64,000 nucleotides of DNA, taken from positions 3,580,303 to 3,644,302 of the forward strand of contig CM082582.2 in the NCBI GenBank assembly GCA_040954595.2, read 5' to 3'. A model generated the notes under the pieces. The model had not been told where the DNA came from. It did no database searches and was given only the letters and a program-made list of their open reading frames with translations. Below are positions 50,001 through 63,200 of the stretch, piece after piece. The stretch comes from Balanoglossus misakiensis (Eukaryota > Animalia > Hemichordata). Position 1 is the first letter of the stretch, and every line of letters begins with the position of its first letter. Made by a program: the position numbers and the translations under genes.

Positions 50001-53000
50001 GCAACCCTGATAGGCATGCCTCACTTTATGAGCTACAGAAATGAGATTGTTTTATACTGGCAAGAGGCAAATTAATCAATGATTGCTGTGTAGCTCACCA
50101 AGACTGTTTTTGTATACACATTGTAGTTGTACATGCACATACATGTATGCCGTGAGTGGTAAAATGACATCATTGTAGATTGCCAAACATGACACGTGTG
50201 AATTTATAGTAATAGTGTAAAGTATGCAGATTGCTTGAATCATGTAATCTAATTACGACGACTTCAAATCATGGGTCCTACCCGGTAATTATAAAGCTTC
50301 ATTTTGGAGGTTCATGTATCCATGGTATTTGTTAAGTAACTGACATGTAATTATTCAAGTGACGAATAACGGAAGACTGAAAATGTGAAAATTGTCGGAC
50401 TGATGTAAATACTACAGTACAGCTGATTATCTTGTAAGCAATGTGTAGAAACTACATGTGTGACAATGGGCACTTGTCCGACACATATGTTAGACAGGTA
50501 TGATAGTGATTTGCCAGTGGAAAGTTGAACGTTTGCTTTTGCTCATCTCTCAAGTTGGTCTGTGTGCAGGTCATGCCAAATATCTATGTGCAATTTTTAT
50601 GGTTTTATGTTTCTGCCAGTTGAAACTAACTGTGTCATGATCAAAAAAGCCATTGACAGCTGTTCTTGGTGGACAATGTTAGCAGTTTACCAGAAGTTAT
50701 GTTCAATTCTGGCTGCCATTACTAGGTCTTTACTTCATGCTAGGGGGTCAAATCACAACAACTGTAGTAAGAGATAGAAGAAATCATATGGTAACTGTAT
50801 TTCATGATTTCCTTTGATCAAAAAGTGCTGTCTTTGTAGTAACCATGTTATTAAAACTAATTTAACTTCTTTCACATTTAGTTATTTTATCTGAAACAAA
50901 GTTTCAGAATGACTTTCGCTTATGAACTTCCATTTCTTAAACATGTCAAAAATCAGCCATCTTGAAACTTTTGTGTATCATGAAAGAATTGTCTTTAAAA
51001 ATAGTCAACATCAACACATCAGTTTCACTACTAGTCTCTATAAATGGTTCAACTACTTGAGATTTTTAAATGTTGATCATCGTTAACTGATGAAAAACTT
51101 TGGTATGATGATTGCGTAGAAATTTAGCGGCTGCCAAAAATAATGAAAGCAGTACAGTGAAAGACTTGCCACTATCAATTGCTTGTTAATCCCTTCACCT
51201 GCATGGTTCAGTCCAAACCAATTGTTTTCTATGGTAAAGTTGGACCTCTAAAGAGGGAACTAGGGGTGAAAGGGTTAAGGATTTGATCCCCAAACAGCAG
51301 AGGAGCATGGCATTTTACGTAGAAGTAGTATGGGTTTTTTAAACAGGATTCATAGCCAATATATTCATGAAGCAATTTTTCACACTCTTTGTTGTTTTCA
51401 TGATATTCTGAAAGAGGCAATTTTCAATTCCTTGGTTCTTGCATTAGCTCTTGTTGACATTGAATGTTTATGTGGTGCAAAGTCTTTTGTTTTTCATTGA
51501 ATTCTTTATCAAGTTAATTCATTTGCTTTTGCAGATAAAGGTGCACGTACCTTTAACCCAGACGAATCAGCACTTATTCCGTAAAAAAGTTTCTGATTAC
51601 AGCTGTGAGCACTCAGAAGTTGACTAAAAGAGGCAGGAGCCCAACAATTAAAAAGAAAATCGTAAAGTTTGCATGTTGTGTCACATATATTTTGGATTTT
51701 TCTGGGCTTCGAACAGTAATGCTTACTTATTTTGATATCAGAACACATACTTGGTTGACATTACAAAAGAAAGATTTGAAGTGGGACAGGTTGCCTGTCA
51801 ATGCTGGTAATTCTACTCAAAGTGTGCATGTCTCGTGTGATGTTAACCTTTTTTTTCCACTGTGAGAGTATTTTTTTTTGCTATGGTTTTTCAAAACAAC
51901 TGGGAAGAGTACATCAAAATCACAAAGGTTGTATTTACAATGCCCAAAAAATATTTTGTGTTGAAAAAAGAAGATTGTGATTTTCTTGTAATTATTTGTG
52001 AACATGACATAACTTGGATGCAATGCGCCAAGCACAAATTGTGTATTTTTGTAATTGTTTGTTTGTTTGTTTGTGTGTGTTGTCATGCTTTAAAGAAGCA
52101 GAGATTAGATATGGTAATTAGCTTGTTTTGGTCTTCATTTTAAAATGCCAATTACAATTTCTATGAACGTCATTTTACTTTATGATCAATATCGTTGCTT
52201 CCAGCTCTCTCTGTATAATCTGTGCCAGTGTTTTGATCGGACTTGATCTCAATAAAGGCAAATGTGTGATAAATTGATTGTCTTGGTGATCTTTAAGTAA
52301 AACACAATGTTGTCACTCACTCTTACATACAGGAAAAGCGAAGTATTTATTTGGATGGGTAGATAAAAGGTATTTTGTTACTTTAATAGCAACCAGCATT
52401 GGTGGGGAATTATTCTGCAACTTTCAACATATACATGTAGTGCAAATCCATGTGAGAATGAAAACAAAATTGGTGCATTTATCTTGACCCCATAATTGGA
52501 CAAAGGATTTCTCTGCCATTCCCGGCCGCTGTCGGATTGTCAAGCTTGTAAGTTGACACATTGGTCTCCAGCTTCTCTCAAAGATACCAAGCAAGAGCAG
52601 TCCACGGCCACATAATGTAATGTCTATAGGAATATATTCGCTGGTATGAAACCTTAATTTCATTCAGTGCAAGAAGATTCAACTTACTTTCAACTACACA
52701 GAATGCATCATAGGTCACAACAGGGCTGGATTTGTATTGACAGGGATGCAAAGTTCATAAAGACACACCAGTCATTCAGTCATTTCCATAAAAAACTTTT
52801 TTACAATTTTATTGAGTGGAAGAAGTAAAGCTATTTGAAAACATAGCATCAACTTTAACTTACTATAATAAGACAAAAACAATAAAATAGTTGATGTTTA
52901 CTGGTAAACTGAGTACAGTGTTTCAAAGCTAGGACAATCAGGTTCATGTTGCAAGTATTTTATTTTATGTATATGCAGCTAAAATGCAGAATGAATGAAT

Positions 53001-54399
53001 TGGTGTTTTTTTCCCACATAACAACCTATCCTGGTCCGTAAGATTTGCATTCATGTACACATACATATTTGGAATTCAGTAACTCTATAATTTATGTTGC
53101 ATTGGCAGAAAATCTATAAGAACTGATAAAGTTAGGGTACAGAATCATCATTCTATATTTGAGCAAGTCACCTGAATGGCATCCCCAAGTTCTAAAAATG
53201 ACAAAACATAAAAGGACTATGCTCCATCATGATCTCTATCATCAGACAATGAATTGTTTTATGACACCAGTTCCCTCTGCACGCACATCATGGCAATATA
53301 CATTTCTCATTATCAAATACACAGAAAACTGTTTCAACAAATGGATGAGACAAGCGACTTAGTTGATTCCATGATGTCACTTGCAGATTGCTCAAAATTT
53401 GTCCTATCTTGTCAATATTGAAGTGAGATTCCTTTTGGGGAGACATCCCTTCATTTCCAGCTAGCTTTGATAAATATAAAAAAAACTATCGCCATTTATT
53501 TCTTTGCATTTTTTTTGCTTTTGACAAAGTGTCTTTATTTAGAAAATAAATAATAATCCAGAAGCATGACGCAGATCAATTTGAAAGAATAGTTTTCATC
53601 CAAAATTTATTTTATCCAAGCACAGAAGAAATCATCAAGTAAATGTGTGAGAAGTGTGTGGAAAGCTTACAGATGAATTCAAAGAAATGGTGGTTTATCT
53701 CTAGTAAATTTCTTCAATCAATAAAATGAGTTTCCTTTCTGCATTTGGCGTTGTGTAAGTTTTCAAACTGAACAAGTAAAGGACGAATTCAGATGCTCTC
53801 ACTTGTCAAAAAATCTACACCAATCTACAATTAATGGGTTTGATAAGAAGACAAGGATCTGCTTCCAGAGGATAAAGTTAAAATCCCTTATTCAAAGTTT
53901 CGGTCCTTCACAGAGGACAATTATCAGGAGTCTAAAATGAAAAAAAAAAGTTCTTGAAACATTGAATAAAGCATTTCAACTTTATTCTCTGGAAGCAGAT
54001 CCTTCTTTTTGTCTCAAACCCATTGAAGACCGCCTCAAAGTTCTGACTTCTATTTTATCATCAAGAAGCACTAACCATAGTTGGACTGACCTAGCATCAT
54101 TTTACAAACCTGCTACAATTAAGTTAAACAGTTTGATTTGGTTTGGTTTGATATTTGGATGTGAACAAGTAACAACGCATACAACTGCTGCTATGTGTTT
54201 CTGAAAATAATGAACAGATTTGCTATGTAGTATGTACATGTAAAAATGTAAATTATTGAAATGTCTGATTATGTTACATTTCAGAAATCCAAATGAGAGC
54301 ATCTGTGGAAGACATGTATCATTATGACAATGAAATCTTTATTAAACTCAGTCCCCACCTGCAGGTGCTGTTATAGGGGATACTAATTCTCAGAATATA

Positions 54400-55440
54400 C
54401 AAAAATGCTGATTGTCACAATCTGGACAAATTTGATGAAATAAAACCCCTCGAGTCATGCATGCCAAATTTCAAAAACAACTAGATAAGCAGTTCCTTAG
54501 ATGTTTGTACCTGTGCAAAAATTGACCCACAAAACAATCATTTCAATTCCTCCATAATTTGAATAAATCTCGCTAAGGTACCTGCATACCAAATTCCAAA
54601 GCAATCAGACAAGCAGCTTCAGAGATTCCTTTTCCACAAACTGCAAATACTGCCCCAAAATAAAAAATATGCAAAATTACAGATTTTGGATAAAGTTGGC
54701 TACGGGCAAGGAATATGCATACCAAATTAAAAGCAATTGGACCAGCGGATTATTAAATATAAGATGTTTTGAGCCAAAATGGCAAAATCAGCCCAAAATC
54801 CAAAATGCAACACAATTTTTCTTGGGCCCCTTCCTATGAACCTGCATATACCAAATTTGAAAGATTTTTGCTCAAAAACTGTAAACAAAATTACAAAAAA
54901 CAAACAAATTCCTAAATTTCAGCAGAAATTGAACAGAGCTGCCTGAAGTCATCCCAAGAAACCTGCACACAAGATTCGAAAGACATCGGAACTGTTTCAT
55001 TGAAAAGGATTTTTGGACCCAAAAAATGTGACCAAATAACAAATTTCACCATTATTTCAGGTAGCTTGTGAAGTTTGTGACAACATATTTTGAATGGAAA
55101 ACTTCTTGGACAATATTTTTACACTGTAGACACAATGACAAAAGGAATATTTTGAATGGAAAAGGTATTTTTGCAGAATATTAAATGAAATACTTAAACT
55201 TCACAAGCTACCTTCAACAAATCTAACTGAGGTCATCCAAAGGAACCTGCATACCAAATTTCAAAGCAATCAAGAAGGGCAAAATTGCATTAAAAATGCA
55301 ATATTTCAAATTTTCGTCAGAATTTTAACAAACCTGACTTTGATAATCCCTTGTGACCTGTATACAGAATATCAAAGCTGTAAGACCACTTTTTATAAGA
55401 AATTTTTGACAGATGACAGATGGGAGGACAACAGACAACC
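54400..55440. repeat. Degenerate ~125-130-bp tandem array (core acctgcataccaaatttcaaagcaatc) within a probable transposon
   Basis: Core variants at ~54457, 54579, 54713, 54839, 54961, 55244, 55356; ends in a gacagatgacagatgg..gacaacagac tract. Confidence 0.6.
55060..55212. mobile_element. 153-bp MITE with GG...CC termini and TTCA TSD
   Basis: ttca|ggtagcttgtgaagttt ... aaacttcacaagctacc|ttca. Confidence 0.75.
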
Positions 55441-57278
55441 AGTCAAGCATTGCAGAGCAGAACTAGTTCACATTTTCTCTTTACAAAGGCACAAATGAAT
55501 TTGAGGAGCTCTAGCCATGATTTTTCTCATAGAAAATATAAAATAAATTAATCTATCTAGAGTCAACTTAAAATATAAGGTTATAGAACATAGTACTTTT
55601 CCATCGTCTCCTGTTGCACTTTCTCTATCTATACAGCTACATTCTGAATATTAAAACTATAATAATACTACATGTAATTTCTAAAAAGCATGAAATGCTT
55701 TGCTTTGTTTTGTTTTTAGAATCTTCAGTCTGGATTTTCTGAGGTAAGCTAGCTTACATGACTCAAAGGTTTATCAAGAATTTAGTTCTGACTAGAAGAT
55801 CCAATACCTAATTTTTTGTTAAACATTAACATAATAATACATCATAACTCTTGAGTAACACAACTTCATGGAAACATTAAAATCAAAACATTATAAAAAA
55901 TACTGATAAGTGTGGCTAGTCTTGTAGTGACTTGTCTTTCAATATAAAATTATGCTGCCTACATTACAAGATATATGAGAATATTTTGGAAATAATACAT
56001 ATTTACAAGTGATATGATATCAAATTTTGGCATAAAATTCTCATTGAAAAAAAGTTGTAAGAAGGTGATCTGTAGCCCATGAATTTTCTTGCCAGACTTA
56101 AACACATGATGTCAAATATACACAAATGCATCGGTTCTCGTCTATGAATTTCCTATTGATGACAGATGCATGGTTAAAGTTGAATAAAATGAAGCAAGAC
56201 ATTCTTAGTCAATTTCTCCACACTAAAGAATAAATGCACAAGATGTAGCTTGTGGGTCAATTCCAAAACACAAAATAGTTGATGAAATGAACATAATTAT
56301 GCTACATGTTCATTCTGACAAAAGAAAACTTGAGTTTATTTACACTACTTCTGACATAATCTTTGGTCTTTTCTTTGATAAAATGTCTTTGTCAAATTAC
56401 AGAACTTTCATATTCACACAATTACAAAGCAGAAGTATTCGCATTTCATACATCAACAATTTGACTTGAAATGGCGTTATTCCACTTTTTGTCAGAATTT
56501 TTTTTCACACGTTTAGTTTTGAGTTGTTTATCTTTCTTGAGGTTGAACTTGAGCATTGTCTGATGCAGTTCTTATCAACTCCATCTAACATTACAATGCT
56601 GAAACATGTATGATCCAAAGCAAAAATGTTTGAACGTAGAAAATAGTTCAATAAGTTTGTCAAATGGCCTGAACAAATTGTCAAAGTTCAAGGCAAGATT
56701 TCCTCACACAAATACATATTGCTAGCTGAATATAACTAAAAGACTTCATATTGATATTTAAACACTGATAAACACAGAAGATCTTTTAAAATAAAATACC
56801 AGCACTCACAGAAATTCAGTCAGAATGGTTATCTTAAGACTCTTGAAACCAGTCAAACTAATGTATTGAAGAACAGTAGGTATAAACTGAGCTCTACACA
56901 TTCATGTGCGCGGTTTGGACTCTGTGCAAAATAAAGACAGCATATTGTCATTGCTACAGAACACAAAGGCAGGTGCGGAAATTTCATTGCACAGACCAAA
57001 ATGAAATGGTCACCAATCTTCTCAATGGAACAGGCCTGATAAATAGTTACATTAAATGGAATGGTTCGATAGACTTCTGTATTACAACAATGATGCACTG
57101 AAAATTACAGCTTTCTGTCTATCCATTTAATGCTGTCACAATCCATTGATCATGCAACCACTATTTACTCTACCATCCACCATATTCTTTGGAGTTCCAT
57201 TGCTGTTCCTCTGCCATCTTGGTCTTGTAATGTCCCAAGTAAGCCATCTCAATATAAACAGTTTATTTCTTTAGGAAA

Positions 57279-60200
57279 TTAGACCTGTTGACAAAAATAT
57301 ACTTGATTTTAACTTTAAAGCCTCTTTAAATTTTGCATTATTTTCACGATTTTAGTTTCCAACTTAGATTGGTCCATAAACATAAGCATACTTTTAGGTA
57401 CTCATGAATAGCACATCGATGCCTGATTGTGACTGTATGTAGCGGTTAGAAAATGCTATGTATTAAAACGGTGCCGCACCAATTGAATCAGCCTCCATAC
57501 AAAGAGTACACAGCTAAATGTATCGTGGTATGCGTCGCCAAAAGATGACAAACTGATGTAAATGCAACTAATATGGCTTAATGGTGTGGATTTTAAAGGA
57601 TAGGGAGACGATTGGAAGTATTTTATTGTGGAAAAAATGGATGTGATGGATTCTCCTGTAAAGAGCAATGTTTGATTTTCTCACCTTATATTGGGCAAGC
57701 TCCACTTTCTTGTTTTGCCTTTCTGCAAATAAAAAGAAAATTCCACGCTTGTTGATAAGAGCTGATATGGTGAGATGCAGTACATGTATTAATATAATGT
57801 GTGGCAATTCTCATCAGAGTTGATGTGGCAATTGCTGAATGCGGCCAAACCAAACTACGACAGGCAGGATGGGTGGGTGAAAGATGAAAGTTGATACACT
57901 GATTTATATGTGATGATGATCATAACAGACATGACAAAACAAAGAATTATACAATTTGCTTTTCACATGTTAAAGTGTCATTAAAATGTTTTGAGTAATG
58001 AACATTGAGTAAACAGTATAAGACAGTGCATGCACAGATATCTTTACAGGTTTATACAGGGTTGTTCAGGAGAGTTAACTTTGCGGGTTTAAATAGGGTT
58101 CAGACATGTTAGCTGGTTCATTGGTGGCTGTGTTCTGCTGTGTTAAGCTGAGTTTACAGGTTTATAATACAAGGTTATTTGGACAACTCCCATTTTGTAT
58201 GAACATAGTGTTTACAATATTAATTGGGTCAGTGGGCCAGTGACGGTCTGTACTTATTTTTAGTAGCAGATGATGTACTGTCAAACCTCGATAAAGACGA
58301 ACTTGCAATCGGTTTCAAAGACAACCTGCCTTTAAAAAAACCAACAGTCAGAGCCCCGAATTGGTAACATTGTTTATCTATGGCCTTACATATCACTTAG
58401 AATGAACATGCCTCTGTCAAAACCCGCATACAACAAACACATTTTCATAGTGTTTATACAAAGAAATAAAATTTGGTAAAAATGTGCATGTACATGTATA
58501 CGGGTTATACACTGCTGGAAGCCATATTGTTATTCTGAAATATGGACTAATTATCCCAGTCCCCAGCTTTTCGTATTAACAAGGTTCGACTGTAGTATAT
58601 ATGACATGGTCAACTAAATTCATAGTTGTGTTTAGTATATTTATCCCTATACATACCAGGTCAGGTGTGTACACAAAACTAAAAAACAATATTCAAATTA
58701 GAAATAAAACTACTTCCGCTTACATTAGTAACAAGCTGATTATTTGAGTAGTTTGATCCTTGACTTTGTCCAGATTCATTAGAATTGACAGACGTTCTAC
58801 TGTTAGCTCTATTTGCAGCTGACATGGTTTGATAACTTGCTTCTGAACTGCTGTTACTTCCTGTTTTCAGTGGAGAGATAGATGAGCAAACAAACAAACA
58901 AACATACAATGAAGTATTATGCTAATGCTGATGACGATTGCTGTGTACGAGTGATGTTAAATGTGCCTAAATGAAAATGCATGTAAATTGTGTTCAATGG
59001 AAAATTGTGTTTGTCTCATGATACGACTGCCTCCTTTATTTCAGACGTGATCACCGGTTGTTTATAGTTAATAAATTGTTATGTGAACATCCTACATCTA
59101 CTGGTTGATGTTGGTTAATAAACAAAACAAGGAATAACCAAGGAAATTCTCTATCCAACCTCGATCTAATTCTTGTTGCCTGAAGATCAATGCAACTTAG
59201 TAGAAAGAACCTAGCTGCATTCATCAAAACTGGCACATGAAAGATTGGCTTATACTTTAGGAGGTGTATTTGGTCTCATACAGATCAATTTTCAACACGA
59301 AGACAAACCCAGCTCAACTAGAGAATTTTCAAGTATAAGATTTGTACATAATTTAATATGTAAATCTGTACATACGCATATACTTTTATAACCTCTCAAT
59401 GCTATACATGAATAAGATACATAATCAAACCTTTGCAAAATGTATGGTGTGAACTTTTAACCCTTTCACCCCCAGTTCCCTCTATAGAGGTCTAACCTTA
59501 CCATAGAAAACAGCGAGTTTGGACTGAACCATGGTGGTGAAAGGGTTAAGATATGCTGTGGGTCCATCACACAAAGAGGTGCACTGCAGAATGTTGACTT
59601 ACCTACAGAAGAGACACTGGCACCACCTGTCGAATGCCTGTGTTGCGTCTTGAGATTCTCGGAAGAACTTTCCTGAAGCACTGTGTCAAAATTAGCCAAT
59701 GCTAACGATCCGACAACAGATGAACCAGATCCTGTGGATGAAGAGCTACTGACAGAAATAGTTGATAGTGGCCTCTTGTTGGTGTTTGTCATTGTGCTGT
59801 GGTCAAAATTACATATGGCTATAGAGTTTCTGCACCTGGCACCTGTGAAAGATAAGTAATACAAATATACACATTTCAAATGGAAGTTTACCCCTATGAT
59901 TAAATATTCTCTAGTCATCAATAGATATCTCTAGCCCATAGAACATCCATAACTACATGTAGTTGTTAAAGGGACAAAGTCTCTCTCTTACTGCCCTTTT
60001 TCCATTAATTATGTTTGATAAAAGACACTGTTTATATTATTCTACATGTGGATATATAGTGAATCAGCGTTCGACCACACACAACTTTCATCCCGTTAGT
60101 AGGATATGAGAGTAATAATCTCGCCAAAATGAATATATGGTAAACACCAATTATACATTTTGGCAAGTTTTTGGTCTGCTATTGTTCGTTTCACCTCAGC

Positions 60201-63200
60201 CCAAAGTTCTAGTGAATTTTTCTGGCCCTGTCACATAAAACTACCAAAACATTGAATTTTTAGTATTAACTACAGTACACTGTGTAAGTGTTGGAATGAG
60301 AAAAGCAGTCAGTCCATTCATCTTCATAAAAACATATGACAATATTTCTTGTCTCGATCCTCCAGCTCTGTAATCTGCCTAAGCGATGTCAGCTATAATT
60401 ACTGGAAACTGTGGCTAAAGTTGAATAGAACATTTCCAATCTCACCTCTACTTTTCATAACATAGTTAACAGCTCTGTCATTGATTTGATTCTTGCTAGG
60501 TTTGATATCAATACAAGGTTTCTGTCCGATTCCCATCGATTGCAACTCAGCTGCTCTGCTTTCTGTGAAGATACACACAAATAAAAATATGATGATTATG
60601 TAAACTTGATATATGCATGATCCAAACCGGGAGTTATCAACGTTACTGATGGCAAATGAACACAACAAGTAAATAACAAAATATTTATGTTTTCATGGTC
60701 ATCAAATTGTCTGGCTGTGTTGGAATTTCCAATGAATGCAAAGTTGAGAAGACCTGGCAGGGAATTTATTTTGGATTGGTCCATCTAAATGTGATTTTTA
60801 TCATATACTTATAGTAGACACTCCAACACATATCGGATGATGTCAATTGTACTGACAGGGGACTGCAACTTGGACTGTACATGTAGTGGCGAAGGTTAGC
60901 ATTAGGGTTAGCAATAGGGATAGGGTTATGACTTTAAAATTACTTCATTTAAAAACGGAAACTTGACTTTATTCATGAAACTAAATCATATTCAGTCATT
61001 TTTAAATGGTCATTAACCCTAACCCTAATGCTAACCATCGCCACCAGAGAATGGTACAGCCCAAGGTCTGCTTGCGTGGCACAACAACTGAAAAGCTCCC
61101 ATTGATTTCAAACTTTGCTTTACCTTTGTTCCTTAGGGCTTGTGTCCATAACATATTAGTGACCTCTGCGACCCATGCATTTTTGATGGTCACCGTCGGT
61201 GCATGCATGATGTACGTTTCATTACTTCTCCTCTTCCGGAACCAAATCTCAAATTTCATCCCACTGGCACCAATGTTTTCTGTCAGCCCAATGTCAGTTG
61301 TCTGGTAAAAGAAAGAATAGGGAAATACATGTAATCTGCATTTCTGAGTCATATTTGGAAATGGAAAATTTCCACAGGTTGTTGAGGATTGTGGAAAGCT
61401 TATTATAACCCTTTCACCCCCACTTCCCTATTTAGAGGTCCAAACTTAACACAGAAAACAATGGATTTGGACAGGACCATAGTGGTGATAGGGTTAGCTA
61501 TGTCCTACAACCTCACTTTGCACACCTGATATTAGTTTTGAAAACTGAATATCTGAAAACTGAGAGCTATACCTTTAACAGATACAGGCATACTGGTATG
61601 TTATTTTTTTAAATAGCTGTATGTTTGAAACGCCATAATACCATACGCCACTCTCTGTAAACATCAACATATCCTACATATACGTTTGAAATCTTTCTCC
61701 TGCAAAAAACTAGCACAATATGCCAGTTTAATAATTACCTTAAAACTGCTCTTGTAATGATAAATATCATGTCCTTTGCCACTTTTCTTTGTCTTGCTGA
61801 AAAGTAGCAGATCTTCAAACAGGAAAACATGACGTAGGTATTTCTTCCTTCCATGGTAGATCAAGAATTCATCTTGTCGAAGAAGTTTCCCTTGCTCTTT
61901 CAGATTCACCTGTAAGACAACAAACATCCCAGTTAGCAATGATGAAGGTACATTGGAAGAGTTAGAAACCAGTTAAAACACACCGATTTTTTCCTGTTTA
62001 ACCAAATTACTGATTCTTTAAGAATTAGTTCCACCTTCATCTGTGTGCTATTGTAAACATCCCCATAGACCCCACAGCCTTTGTTACATAGTTCATTAAT
62101 TAGTAATTATTGATAAAGTCAACAATAGGGACGTAAAATGAGCTAAGTTGTACTGATAAAATGTAAGTGTGCACATGTACATATGAATGCATGATTGTAT
62201 ATATGTGTGCTAGTGCATGCATGCACACATGTACATGTACAAGTATGAGTGTTTATTGTGTTGTATGTATGTATGTATGTACTGTAAAACAAGTTATTTT
62301 TTTGCGAGCAATAAATTTTTCGCAAAATACCCGAGAGCCAAAATAACGTGGAAATAAGCAGAACGTGAAAATTAATCCTCGTGGCCGCCTAACAGTTGCC
62401 TCTTTTGATATTGTGAAAATAACCCAATTTACAGCATGTATGTATGTATGTATGCATGTTTGTTTGATGTATGAAATGAATGCAATCATAAACATAAGTG
62501 AACATTGCCTTTCTCAAAATAGATGGTTACCAAAATGAAAATTTCAGATTTGTCAAGTCAAAGCTAGCTATTTAGTGATTTTATCTGCGTTAGAAGGCCT
62601 CAGGCCCTTGGAAAGAAGGTACAGTAATATTTACAGAGGCATATGTCATTGGTTGTATATGGTTAAAACAAAAAAGAAAGTTATCCCGGTTACAACAAAC
62701 AATATATTTATTATTGCAACTTACACATAGTTTCCGTTCTGATTTTAAACGCTTTAAATACAAAGCAACAAATGTTATGAGTAAATTCTGTGTCTGTCGT
62801 ATTCATTACCGGCTGGAATTTGCGCAAATTTGGTTCATGAATGATTGAAGTTGGTTAAGTATTTTTTCCTTAACTCAACATACAGTGGACAGACTAGCAG
62901 AAAGTGATATTCATCTTTCATGTCACCTTGTTTACAGAATTGACACAATCTGGCTGATGGCTCAATGTTTTTATATCTACCTCCTATCATAAACTAAGTG
63001 CATTGAAAGTATAAATTTAATTGCAAAGAAGTATAATAAGTGACTCACATCACAGTCTTTCAGTGAATCCATTGCCAGAAGATCGTTGCCATGACGCAGC
63101 TGGAATTTGACAATATTCTCTGCTTCCTGCCATAAAAATCATAAAGAGATTATTGCAGATACATCTATTTAATGCAACATTACATTGAAGTAACCATAAA

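Noticed and set aside
58277-58330. Apparent - strand acceptor giving a RhoGEF terminal exon ([14 protein letters not shown])
   Set aside because: Lies inside the TIR region of a Tc1/pogo-like MITE.
60893-61036. True telomere or chromosome-fusion scar
   Set aside because: Only 2-3 degenerate TTAGGG units, inside a RhoGEF intron and part of a TIR.
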